From the NCBI GenBank assembly GCA_963716075.1, contig CAVQST010000022.1:41115-65114 (forward strand): DNA of 24,000 nucleotides, read 5' to 3'. Both the position numbers and the translations under genes were made by a program. The stretch is from Ilumatobacteraceae bacterium. Its GTDB lineage: Bacteria; Actinomycetota; Acidimicrobiia; Acidimicrobiales; Ilumatobacteraceae. Positions 9,171-16,411 of the stretch are shown here, one piece after another (the first letter of the stretch is position 1; the number at the start of each line of letters is the position of its first letter). The notes beneath the pieces are model-generated. The model had not been told where the DNA came from. It did not search any database and saw nothing but the letters and a program-made list of their open reading frames with translations.

Positions 9171-10126
9171 CGACTGGACCACTCACCATCAGCGACCTCG
9201 TCGTCGAGTTCGTGCACGACGGCTACGCCATCAGGCCGCTCGACGGGCTGTCGTTCGAGGCCAGAGCGGGTGAACTGGTCGTGCTGCTCGGCCCGTCAGG
9301 CTGTGGCAAGACCACGTTGCTGTCGTGCCTCGGCGGCATCCTCACGCCGACGTCAGGAACGATCCGCCTCGGTGATGTCGACGTCACGGCCATGAAGGGC
9401 AAGCAACTCGACGCCTACCGACGTGATGAGGTCGGCTTCGTGTTCCAGGCGTTCAATCTGATTCCGTCGTTGACGGCGAGGGAGAACATCGCCGTGCCGC
9501 TCACCCTCACCGGGCACGGCCGCAAAGAGTCGTTCGCCCGGGCGGATGAACTGCTCGAACAGGTCGGCCTCACGGAACGGGCCAACCACTTGCCGAGCAA
9601 GTTGTCGGGAGGCCAGATGCAGCGCGTCGCCGTTGCTCGAGGGCTCGGCCACAACCCGCCGCTGCTGCTCGCGGACGAGCCGACCGCCAACCTCGATCAC
9701 ATCCAGGCCGAAGCGATCATCCGGTTGCTGCAGAGCCTCCGTGACGATGGCCGAATGATCGTGGTGTCGACGCACGACTCCCGGCTGGTGCCGATCGCCG
9801 ACCGAATCGTGCAGATGGTGCCTGAAGGGAGCCACGAGGAGGTCGAGACCCATCAGCTCACGCTCATCGCCGGTGACTCCGTGTTCGAACAGGGCGACGA
9901 TGCCGACCTGGTCTACGTCATCGATTCGGGCCAGGTGGACGTGATCCGGGTCTTGGCCGATGGTGGCGAGGAACTCCTCACCACGCTCGGCGCCGGTCAG
10001 TACTTCGGAGAGCTCGGCCCATTCCTCGGATTCCCGCGTTCGGCGTCGGTCCGAGCCACCACCGACCTGGTGCTCACCGTGTACAGCCCTCGAGTGTTCC
10101 GAGAACGGGTGCTGCACAAGCACTGA
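9167..10126 (+). CDS. ABC transporter ATP-binding protein with C-terminal CNB domain
   Basis: ORF 9167..10126. Its ATG overlaps the permease stop (ATGA at 9167-9170). Walker A GPSGCGKTT, signature LSGGQMQR, Walker B LLLADEPT. CNB tail: VFEQGDDADLVYVIDSGQV...FGELGPFLGFPRSASVRA. Confidence 0.9.
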   Translation: MTTGPLTISDLVVEFVHDGYAIRPLDGLSFEARAGELVVLLGPSGCGKTTLLSCLGGILTPTSGTIRLGDVDVTAMKGKQLDAYRRDEVGFVFQAFNLIPSLTARENIAVPLTLTGHGRKESFARADELLEQVGLTERANHLPSKLSGGQMQRVAVARGLGHNPPLLLADEPTANLDHIQAEAIIRLLQSLRDDGRMIVVSTHDSRLVPIADRIVQMVPEGSHEEVETHQLTLIAGDSVFEQGDDADLVYVIDSGQVDVIRVLADGGEELLTTLGAGQYFGELGPFLGFPRSASVRATTDLVLTVYSPRVFRERVLHKH

Positions 10127-10165
10127 GGGCGCGCGTCGCGCTGCGACGATGATCGAGATGCCGAA

Positions 10166-10240
10166 CCCCCCTGACCCCCGTCTCGTTGTGGTCGAGCTGA
10201 TCGACCTCAGCGACGCCGTTGGGGGGTGTGGCTCAGGGGG
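10166..10240. terminator. possible bidirectional terminator / nested hairpins between convergent genes
   Basis: ccccctga (10167-10174) is complementary to tcaggggg (10233-10240), and C5 (10175-10179) to G-run 10221-10226. Inner hairpin ggtcga-gctga-tcgacc at about 10190-10206. No T-tract, and the right arm overlaps the DLH stop codon. Confidence 0.25.
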
Positions 10241-10895
10241 CGACTCCGTGGTCGGCGAGGAACTCGAGGGTGCGGCCGAGAGCGATCGCCGCTGAGCGGG
10301 GGTCGTGTGACTCGCGGACATCGCAGCTGAAGCCGTGCTCGGCGCCCGGGTACACGTGCACCTGCACATCGGGGTGTGCCGCAGCGATCGCCTCGACCTG
10401 TTCGAGGGGGATGCCGTGGTCGAGTTCGCCGAAGTGCAGCATGGTGGGCGTTTTCGGCTCACGGCCGATCATCGAGTGGACCTGCCCGCCGTAGTAGCCG
10501 ACCGAGGCGGCGATCGGCAGCTCGCAGGCGGAGATCCAGGCAAGACTGCCGCCGAAGCAGTACCCCACGACGGCGACCGGACCGGTGGCGGCAACGTGGT
10601 CGACAGCGGCGGCCACATCGAGCATCGCCGGATCGAAGGCGATCTGCATTGCCAGTTCGATGCCTCGGGCCCGACCGGAGTCGTCGTAGCCGAGCTCGAC
10701 CCCTCGTTCGCCCCGATCGAACAACGCCGGAGCGATGGCGCGGTAGCCGAACGAGGCGTACCGGTCGACGACCGATCGGATGTGGGCATTGACCCCGAAG
10801 ATCTCCTGCACGATCACGACCGACGCCGGTGCACCGGCGGGGTGGACTTCGTAGGCGTCGAGTTCGTGTCCGTCGCTGGCGGTGAGGCGAGTCAT
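10233..10895 (-). CDS. dienelactone hydrolase family protein (carboxymethylenebutenolidase-like)
   Basis: ORF 10233..10895: VIVQEIFGVNAHIRSVVDRYASFGYRAIAPALF, nucleophile elbow VVGYCFGGSLAW, GAEHGF near the C-terminus. Confidence 0.85.
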   Translation of the reverse strand: MTRLTASDGHELDAYEVHPAGAPASVVIVQEIFGVNAHIRSVVDRYASFGYRAIAPALFDRGERGVELGYDDSGRARGIELAMQIAFDPAMLDVAAAVDHVAATGPVAVVGYCFGGSLAWISACELPIAASVGYYGGQVHSMIGREPKTPTMLHFGELDHGIPLEQVEAIAAAHPDVQVHVYPGAEHGFSCDVRESHDPRSAAIALGRTLEFLADHGVAP

Positions 10896-10916
10896 CTCAC
10901 GACGGTAGGCGACGCC

Positions 10917-11300
10917 TCACGCTGTGGCGATCACCGGCGAACCGTGATGTGCCACGAGCAGCCACTGGTCGCCCCGGCGCACGTACACGTTGGTGGCGGC
11001 CACCGTGCCGGTGCCGCCTGCGTCGACCAGGTTCTCGTCGAGGGTCACCCAGGCCGTATCGCCGTTCACGGCCACGGCCTCGTTGGTGAGGATGAACTGA
11101 TTGCGACCCGGGCCGGTGAGAATCCGCCGCCACGATTCCTCGACCTGCGGCCAGGTGCGAAGGATCGGCCAACCGGGATGGATGCAGACCACCGCGTCGC
11201 TGTGTTCCCACACGGCCCGCATCGCGTCGAGGTCGCGTGACTCGTGCGCATCGTAGAACGCTTGATTGGCGGCACGGACCGCAGCGATCACCGGCTCCAT
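10917..11300 (-). CDS. NTF2-like / SnoaL-like (DUF4440-type) small protein
   Basis: C-terminal 127 aa of ORF 10917..12014 from MEPVIAAVRAANQAFYDAHESRDLDAMRAVWEHSDAVVCIHPGWP...WVTLDENL...GDQWLLVAHHGSPV. Upstream part of the ORF is junk antisense to the rpf-like gene. An alternative GTG start at 11318 is possible. Same strand as the DLH gene and 21 bp upstream of it. Confidence 0.7.
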   Translation of the reverse strand: MEPVIAAVRAANQAFYDAHESRDLDAMRAVWEHSDAVVCIHPGWPILRTWPQVEESWRRILTGPGRNQFILTNEAVAVNGDTAWVTLDENLVDAGGTGTVAATNVYVRRGDQWLLVAHHGSPVIATA

Positions 11301-11347
11301 CGCTCCGACCGTACTCACCACAGACCCACCCCGACCCCACCGCTGCC

Positions 11348-11467
11348 CACTCGATCTGCGCCGAATGCGTCCCATCACTCGATCTGCGCCCAATGGGTCC
11401 CGGTTTCCGGGACGCCGGCGGCGCAGATCGGAACAGCAGTCGGTCGATTGGGCGACGCCGACTGCTG
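11348..11467 (+). promoter_or_regulatory. repeat- and hairpin-rich element in the 307-bp leader/intergenic region upstream of the Rpf-like gene
   Basis: 26-nt direct repeat cactcgatctgcgcc(g/c)aatg(c/g)gtccc at 11348-11373 and 11376-11401 (24/26 identical). Inverted half-copy ggcgcagatcg (11420-11430) pairs with 11380-11390. Inner hairpin gtcccgg-ttt-ccgggac at 11397-11413. Perfect 10-bp stem cagcagtcgg/ccgactgctg at 11434-11443 and 11458-11467. Confidence 0.45.
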
Positions 11468-11607
11468 TGACCGATGGCTCGTCATGCTGCCGCGACACAT
11501 TCGTCATCAATCCGTAACATTGGGAACTCACGAACCACCAGGCCGGTGCAGATCTCTGCGCCGCCATGCCGGCGGGCCGACCACGGCCCCAGCTGCCAAG
11601 GAGCGTC

Positions 11608-12447
11608 ATGACCCCCCTCACCCCCAACTCCAGCGTTGCCATGTCCGGACACCGTCGTCGTCTCGTTCGGCGCGTTGCGGTCGTCACGACTGCGGTGCTC
11701 CTGATCGGCGGCACGCCACTGGTTGCCGTCGCCCTGAATGGCGACGATGGCACCGAACTCGAGGCGGACGGTGCAAGCGTCGTCTCGACGTTCGACCAAT
11801 TTGCCGTCCCATCCGGTGATCGATCGCTCGCTGACGGCCCCGGCTTGTTCCCGGCCTGGAGTGTGCCGCAAGCCCGCATCGATCTCGAACCGGCATCGCC
11901 AGTGGACCCCGCGCCCGCACCCGCACCCGCACCCGAACCCGAACGGAGCGTCGCTGCAGCGGCGGCTGCCGAGGAGCAGGCACTGGCCGACACCCTTGCG
12001 GTGCTGGCCGACACCTATACGTGGGACGAAACGGGCCAGCGCGTCACCGAGCTGCAAGAGGCCGTGGGTCTCGTGGCAGATGGCCGATACGACGACGCGA
12101 CCCTCGGCGCACACCGCGCTGCGCTCGAGCTCGTCGGGCTCCCGATCGACGGGTTGCCGCTCGCCCCGGCTCCGGTGGTGCCCTCAGGGACAAGCGTGGA
12201 CGGATGGGCGGCGTTGCGCGCCTGCGAATCGGGGGGCGACTACACGGTCACCAACCCGTCCGGGAAGTACCGCGGCGCATACCAGTTCGATCGTTCCACC
12301 TGGGATTCGGTTGCCCAGCGACATGATCCGGCCCTCGTCGGCCTCGATCCCGCTGCTGCGGCGCCCGCCGAACAGGACGCGATGGCGCACGCGCTCTACA
12401 GCGAGCGCGGTGCTGCTCCCTGGCCGTCCTGCGGCCGTCACCTCTGA
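11608..12447 (+). CDS. secreted Rpf-like (transglycosylase-like domain) protein with a peptidoglycan-binding-like domain
   Basis: ATG 11608 preceded by AAGGAG (11598-11603). Signal/TM: VAVVTTAVLLIGGTPLVAVAL. PAPAPAPAPEPE linker. PG_binding_1-like: GQRVTELQEAVGLVADGRYDDATLGAHRAALELVGLP. C-terminal WAALRACESGGDYTVTNPSGKYRGAYQFDRSTW...GAAPWPSCG matches the Rpf/transglycosylase-like motif. Confidence 0.8.
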   Translation: MTPLTPNSSVAMSGHRRRLVRRVAVVTTAVLLIGGTPLVAVALNGDDGTELEADGASVVSTFDQFAVPSGDRSLADGPGLFPAWSVPQARIDLEPASPVDPAPAPAPAPEPERSVAAAAAAEEQALADTLAVLADTYTWDETGQRVTELQEAVGLVADGRYDDATLGAHRAALELVGLPIDGLPLAPAPVVPSGTSVDGWAALRACESGGDYTVTNPSGKYRGAYQFDRSTWDSVAQRHDPALVGLDPAAAAPAEQDAMAHALYSERGAAPWPSCGRHL

Positions 12448-12508
12448 TCGGTCGTCGCTGACGTACACCTGGGGTGCAGCTAGCGTCGGCATCACCGGGA
12501 CGGACCGC

Positions 12509-13537
12509 ATGACGATCGACGACAGCAGCATCGAGAACGGCTCCATCGCCGACAACACGGCGATGAGCGCGGCGATCGCCGCGGCCGGATCCGTCCGCAC
12601 CCGGACCTCGCCGAACCCTTGGGTGGGCGCCGCAGTGGTTGCAACCACCGGCGATCTCGTCGCTGTGGGCGCCACCGAGCCGCCCGGCGGCCGGCACGCC
12701 GAGATCGTCGCCCTGCACCACGCTGGCGCCCGCGCCGAGGGTGCGACGCTGTACTCCACGCTCGAGCCCTGCTCGCACCATGGACGCACGCCGCCGTGCA
12801 CCGACGCCATCATCGCGGCCGGGGTCCGTCGCGTCGTGGTGGGGATCACCGATCCCGACACGCAGGTCGCAGGTGCAGGGCTCGAGGCGCTCCGCCGGGC
12901 CGGTCTCGATGTCGAGGTCGGCGTGCTCGCCGACGCCGTCGATGCGCAGCTCGCGCCGTATCTGCACCATCGCCGCACCGGACGGCCATACGTGATCTGC
13001 AAGTTGGCAATGTCGGTCGATGGTGTCATTGCCGCCGCCGACGGCACCTCCCAGTGGATCACGGGGGAGCCGGCCCGACGCGACACCCATCGGCTGCGTG
13101 CCGAGAGTGATGCAATCCTCGTCGGCGCCGGAACCGTTCGCGCCGACGACCCGGCGCTGACCGTGCGCCACGTCGATGGCAACGACCCATTGCGGGTGGT
13201 GCTGGGGTCGGCCCCGTGGGGCGCCAAGGTGCACCCGTGCCTCGAATGGCACGCCGGCCTCGACGAGCTGCTCGACGAGCTTGGCCGTCGCGGCGTGGTG
13301 CAGCTGATGGTCGAAGGCGGTGCCCGGGTGATCGGCTCCTTCCACACCGCTGGTCTGGTCGATCGCTACGTGCTCTATCTCGCTCCGGCACTGTTCGGCG
13401 GTGGTGCCGCCACGGCCGCCATCGATGCACCAACCGCATCCACGATTGCCGACCTCTGGCGCGGTCGTTTCGACACCATCGAGCGTGTCGGTGACGACCT
13501 GCGCGTCGAACTCGTCCCGAACACGAAAGAACCCTGA
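12509..13537 (+). CDS. ribD: bifunctional riboflavin biosynthesis protein RibD (pyrimidine deaminase / uracil reductase)
   Basis: ATG 12509 inside ORF 11738..13537: TSPNPWVGAAVV, HAEIVAL, TLEPCSHHGRTPPC (deaminase zinc motif). Reductase part: KLAMSVDGVIAAADGTSQWITG...LRAESDAILVGAGTVRADDPALTVR...MVEGGARV. Confidence 0.9.
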   Translation: MTIDDSSIENGSIADNTAMSAAIAAAGSVRTRTSPNPWVGAAVVATTGDLVAVGATEPPGGRHAEIVALHHAGARAEGATLYSTLEPCSHHGRTPPCTDAIIAAGVRRVVVGITDPDTQVAGAGLEALRRAGLDVEVGVLADAVDAQLAPYLHHRRTGRPYVICKLAMSVDGVIAAADGTSQWITGEPARRDTHRLRAESDAILVGAGTVRADDPALTVRHVDGNDPLRVVLGSAPWGAKVHPCLEWHAGLDELLDELGRRGVVQLMVEGGARVIGSFHTAGLVDRYVLYLAPALFGGGAATAAIDAPTASTIADLWRGRFDTIERVGDDLRVELVPNTKEP

Positions 13538-13616
13538 CGGTCCGTCACCACGATGGAGGTCGCAACGGTGGAGTCGTGAAGGGCAGTCACGTGGCGCGGG
13601 TCGGGTCCAGGGCCTT

Positions 13617-14260
13617 CTACGGCACGTACTGCTCCTCGATCGCCGCCACGTCGCCCCCGGCGATCGTGATCCACACGCCGGGTTGCAGTGCCAGCCCGCG
13701 GGTCACCCGGTCGGTGAGCCAGTCGGGGTAGTCGATCGTCACCGCAGATGCCGGGTCGCCCGACGTTGGCGAGCCAGATCACCTGGGCACCGGACGCAAC
13801 AGTGATCGTTCGCAGTGCGGGATTGGCGTTGCGCACGTAGTAGTCGTTGGGCGGTGGCGACTCTTCGCCGTCCTCCGCCGATGCCGAAATCGCAGCGTCG
13901 CCGGTGAACCAGCAGGCCAGATCGAACTCGATTCCGCCGGAGGATGCGTCTGCCACGAGACCGAACCACTCGCCGTCGGGGAGCGCGCCGGCGCCCGGCG
14001 TGCAGCCCGAGCCGGAAGCGAGCGTGTTGGTGTCGATGGTCGTGGTCGTCGCTGCGGTGGTCGTGGTGGCAGCCGGTGTCGTTGTCGTGGTGGCCGTTGT
14101 GGCGGTGTTGGTGGTCGCTCTGGTGGGAACGGACGTCGGCCGGTGCCGCCGTGGTCGCGGCAGCGTCGTCCTCGTCACCGCCGCAGGCGGTGACAGCGAG
14201 GGCGACGGACAGCGACACGAGCAGCATCCCGAAGCGGCTGGCGGTGGTCGGCGGTCTCAT
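13617..14260 (-). pseudogene. putative lipoprotein, conserved-hypothetical type; needs two +1 frame corrections
   Basis: Frame A from ATG 14260: MRPPTTASRFGMLLVSLSVALAVTAC-GGDEDD (lipobox VTAC). The body is in the frame of ORF 13375..14178: Thr-rich linker, then DGEWFGLVADASSGGIEFDLACWFTGD...QVIWLANVG. The tail is in the third frame: DPASAVTIDYPDWLTDRVTRGLALQPGVWITIAGGDVAAIEEQYVP, stop at 13617-13619. Length 644 nt equals 214 codons plus 2 extra bases. Confidence 0.55.
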
Positions 14261-14273
14261 TCGCGGAACATAA

Positions 14274-14335
14274 CCCCGCCTGGTCGCCACGACCAGAGCA
14301 CAAGATCCCGTTGGTGGTTTCGTGACCAGGCGGGG
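14274..14335. other. perfect 12-bp inverted repeat (ccccgcctggtc ... gaccaggcgggg) with 38-nt spacer
   Basis: Arms at 14274-14285 and 14324-14335, with partial extra pairing inside. Lies between the stop of small ORF 14345..14551(-) and the lipoprotein start at 14260(-). On the minus-strand RNA the stem is followed by UUAUGUU. Confidence 0.5.
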
Positions 14336-14344
14336 TGTCGGCGC

Positions 14345-14551
14345 TCACGTGTTTGTGCGGGTCGCAACCGGGGTGGCAGGACCCCGCCGGAGCAAGCACT
14401 TGGCAGCGCGCGCCGAGTTGGTCGTAGCGCCGTCATGGGCGCCCACACGATCACGAGCCCGAACCATGGCCCGCGGGTCCAGGGTCCGCACCGCCCACCG
14501 CACGATCAGCCCGAGGACGAGCAGCGCCGCGGCCGTCACCAGCATGGTCAT
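14345..14551 (-). CDS. hypothetical small membrane protein (weak call)
   Basis: Internal ATG of ORF 14345..14638 preceded by GAGG: MTMLVTAAALLVLGLIVRWAVRTLDPRAM... One clear hydrophobic helix with high third-position GC. The C-terminal half has poorer codon bias. Confidence 0.25.
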   Translation of the reverse strand: MTMLVTAAALLVLGLIVRWAVRTLDPRAMVRARDRVGAHDGATTNSARAAKCLLRRGPATPVATRTNT

Positions 14552-14780
14552 CAGACCTCGCCCTCGCGCACCTCGATCGTCTACGGCTCGATGGCAGACG
14601 GTGCTCCGGCGACCTCGACCTCGAGTCGACCCGGACACGCCGGGCTCGTAGGGTCGGTCGTGGTGAACGACCCCGACGCGATCTGGAAACCTGGGTACGA
14701 CGGCCCGCCACCAACCGTCGGAGCCGCTCGTGCCCCAGTTGGCGAGCAGTCACGAGAGCGCGCGGATCGAGCCGAGCACG

Positions 14781-16270
14781 ATGAGCGTGTTCGAGCCGAT
14801 GCATCCGGCGAATCGCGCGGGGCAGCAGGAGACGGGGCAGCGCACACCACTCGCCCGAGTGCTCGCCAGGTCGCCGTCGGCGCCGGCCTCGCCCTGGTGC
14901 TCAGCGCTGCGCTCGTCGTGCTCGATCCGCTCGGCTCTCGCGATGAATCGACCACCGAGGAAGGCGTGGACGAGGCCATCACGGTCGAACGGTCGAGCAG
15001 CGTGGCCGAACCCCCCGATGGGTCCGTCTTCGGAGGCCCTGCTGCGCGCCGCCTTCCGGCCGATGCGGCGACCCTCTGGTCGGTCGACATCCAGCACGAA
15101 GGCGATCACTGGGTCGAGGTGCTCCGACGCGACCTCGTCGTGGCGGCGGTCGCAGAACCGAGCGCATCAACCCTCGACGCGGATGCGCCTGTCGCTCCGG
15201 TCACCACGGTCATCGCTCTCGATGCGCTCGAGGGGGAGCAGCGGTGGACCCTGCGGCTCGACGGCGAACCTCGCGATGTGACGGTCGTCGGGGTGGTCGA
15301 TGACGTACTCGTTCTCGAGCGACCCGGTGTGGCCGGGCCAATCGTCTCCGGTGTCGATGTCTCGACGGGGGAGACACGCTGGACCGCCGACGCTGCGCCG
15401 AACGGTGGCCACGTGGGCCTCATCGGCACCCCGTTCGTCGCCCGACTGCCATCATCGCCGGACCAGTTCGTCACGTTGATCGACGCAACGTCAGGTACTG
15501 ACGTCGGCACGATCGCCAGCGATCAGATGGCGGCTGGTCGACCGGGAGGCTGGTCCACTGCTGGAGGGGGAACGTGGCAGGTCATCGATGATGGCGTGCT
15601 CCTCGAGTACGACCTGAGGGCCACACTCGGTGACGCGACGGTCGTCGGCAGGGTCGACGACGTTTCGGCGCCGCGCATCGTCGTCGACGATCGGCTGGCC
15701 GTCGTCGACGACTCCGGCTCGCTCGCGTTCGAAGGCGGCAACGCAAGCCGCTCCGTGACCGTGTCGGCGGAGGTGCCACGGATGGTTCGCTCGTTGACGC
15801 CGGTGTCCGATTCGGCCTTCGTCGTCTCTGCGCCCGGGTCGATCGCCGGCGTCGGCGTCGAGAGCGATGCTGCGGATGTGACGTGGTTGCGTCTCGACGG
15901 CGTGATCGTGGATCACCATCCGGTCGTGGGCGGGTCGCTCATCGAGCTGGCAACCCGAGGTGGCGCCGCGATGCAGCTCATCGATGGCCTGACGGGCGAG
16001 ACGGTCGAGCATCTCACGATGGTGCCCGGTGCGTTGCAGGCGCTGGTCGTCGCCGGCGACGGCGCAGTGGTGCTCCGGATGGCCGACGTTGGTACGAGGC
16101 TCGCCGGGATCGACCTCCACGGCACCGAGCGGTGGTCGATCCTTGGTTCGGCGCCGGTCGTGCTCGGCGACCGCATCGCTGTCCGAGCGACCTCGAGCGA
16201 CGTGGTCGCCGACGACTCCCCACGATCCTCGCAGCAGCTGCGCATCACGGCCTACGGCGACGTCGAGTGA
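14781..16270 (+). CDS. membrane-anchored PQQ-like / BamB-like beta-propeller repeat protein; frame broken once near 14860-14875
   Basis: Body in ORF 13847..16270: TM VAVGAGLALVLSAALVVL, then repeated a-D-x-x-tG-x-x-W strands (VIALDALEGEQRWTL, VSGVDVSTGETRWTA, QLIDGLTGETVEHL, LAGIDLHGTERWSIL). Upstream of the TM, high third-position GC is in the frame of ORF 14730..15281 (MSVFEPMHPANRAGQQETGQRTPLARVLAR, ATG 14781), one base out of register. Confidence 0.7.
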
Positions 16271-16271
16271 A

Positions 16272-16330
16272 TGGCACGACGCCGGACACCTCGGTTCGAA
16301 CTCGGAGCGCACGTCTGGGTCCAACGATCT
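16272..16330 (+). repeat. intergenic direct repeat, copy 1 (42-nt core 16272-16313 plus caacgatct block)
   Basis: tggcacgacgccggacacctcggttcgaactcggagcgcacg matches 17193-17234 at 38/42 positions. Confidence 0.8.
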
Positions 16331-16411
16331 TCGTGCGGCATGCGAGGGATCGTCATCCGAAGGGTCGAACTGCCCTAACTTCCAGGGCGCTGATCAACGC
16401 AGGCTGTTCTG

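Noticed and set aside
11348-11401. CRISPR-like array
   Set aside because: There are only two 26-nt direct copies separated by 2 nt, with no spacers and no cas genes.
11464-11486. CRP site upstream of the rpf-like gene (TGTGA at 11466-11470)
   Set aside because: The second half-site after a 6-nt spacer reads GCTCG rather than TCACA, so it is not a credible TGTGA-N6-TCACA palindrome.
11348-11607. Calling the rpf-upstream structure a ydaO/c-di-AMP riboswitch
   Set aside because: The conserved ydaO strings I remember (GGGGA..CCA, GGGGUGAAUC, CCGACAGCU.ACCUCGUA.GCG) are not present. Only loose resemblance exists (ccgacugcug...cucguc). It is left unassigned pending an Infernal scan.
12448-12508. 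FMN (RFN) riboswitch in front of ribD
   Set aside because: The gap is only 61 nt, too short for the roughly 130-nt element, and none of its conserved GC-rich helices are visible.
16285-16310. tRNA fragment or tRNA-like T-arm in the 42-nt repeat (GGTTCGAA)
   Set aside because: The sequences flanking TTCGAA are direct copies (CTCGG...CTCGG), not complementary, so no T-stem or acceptor stem can form on either strand.
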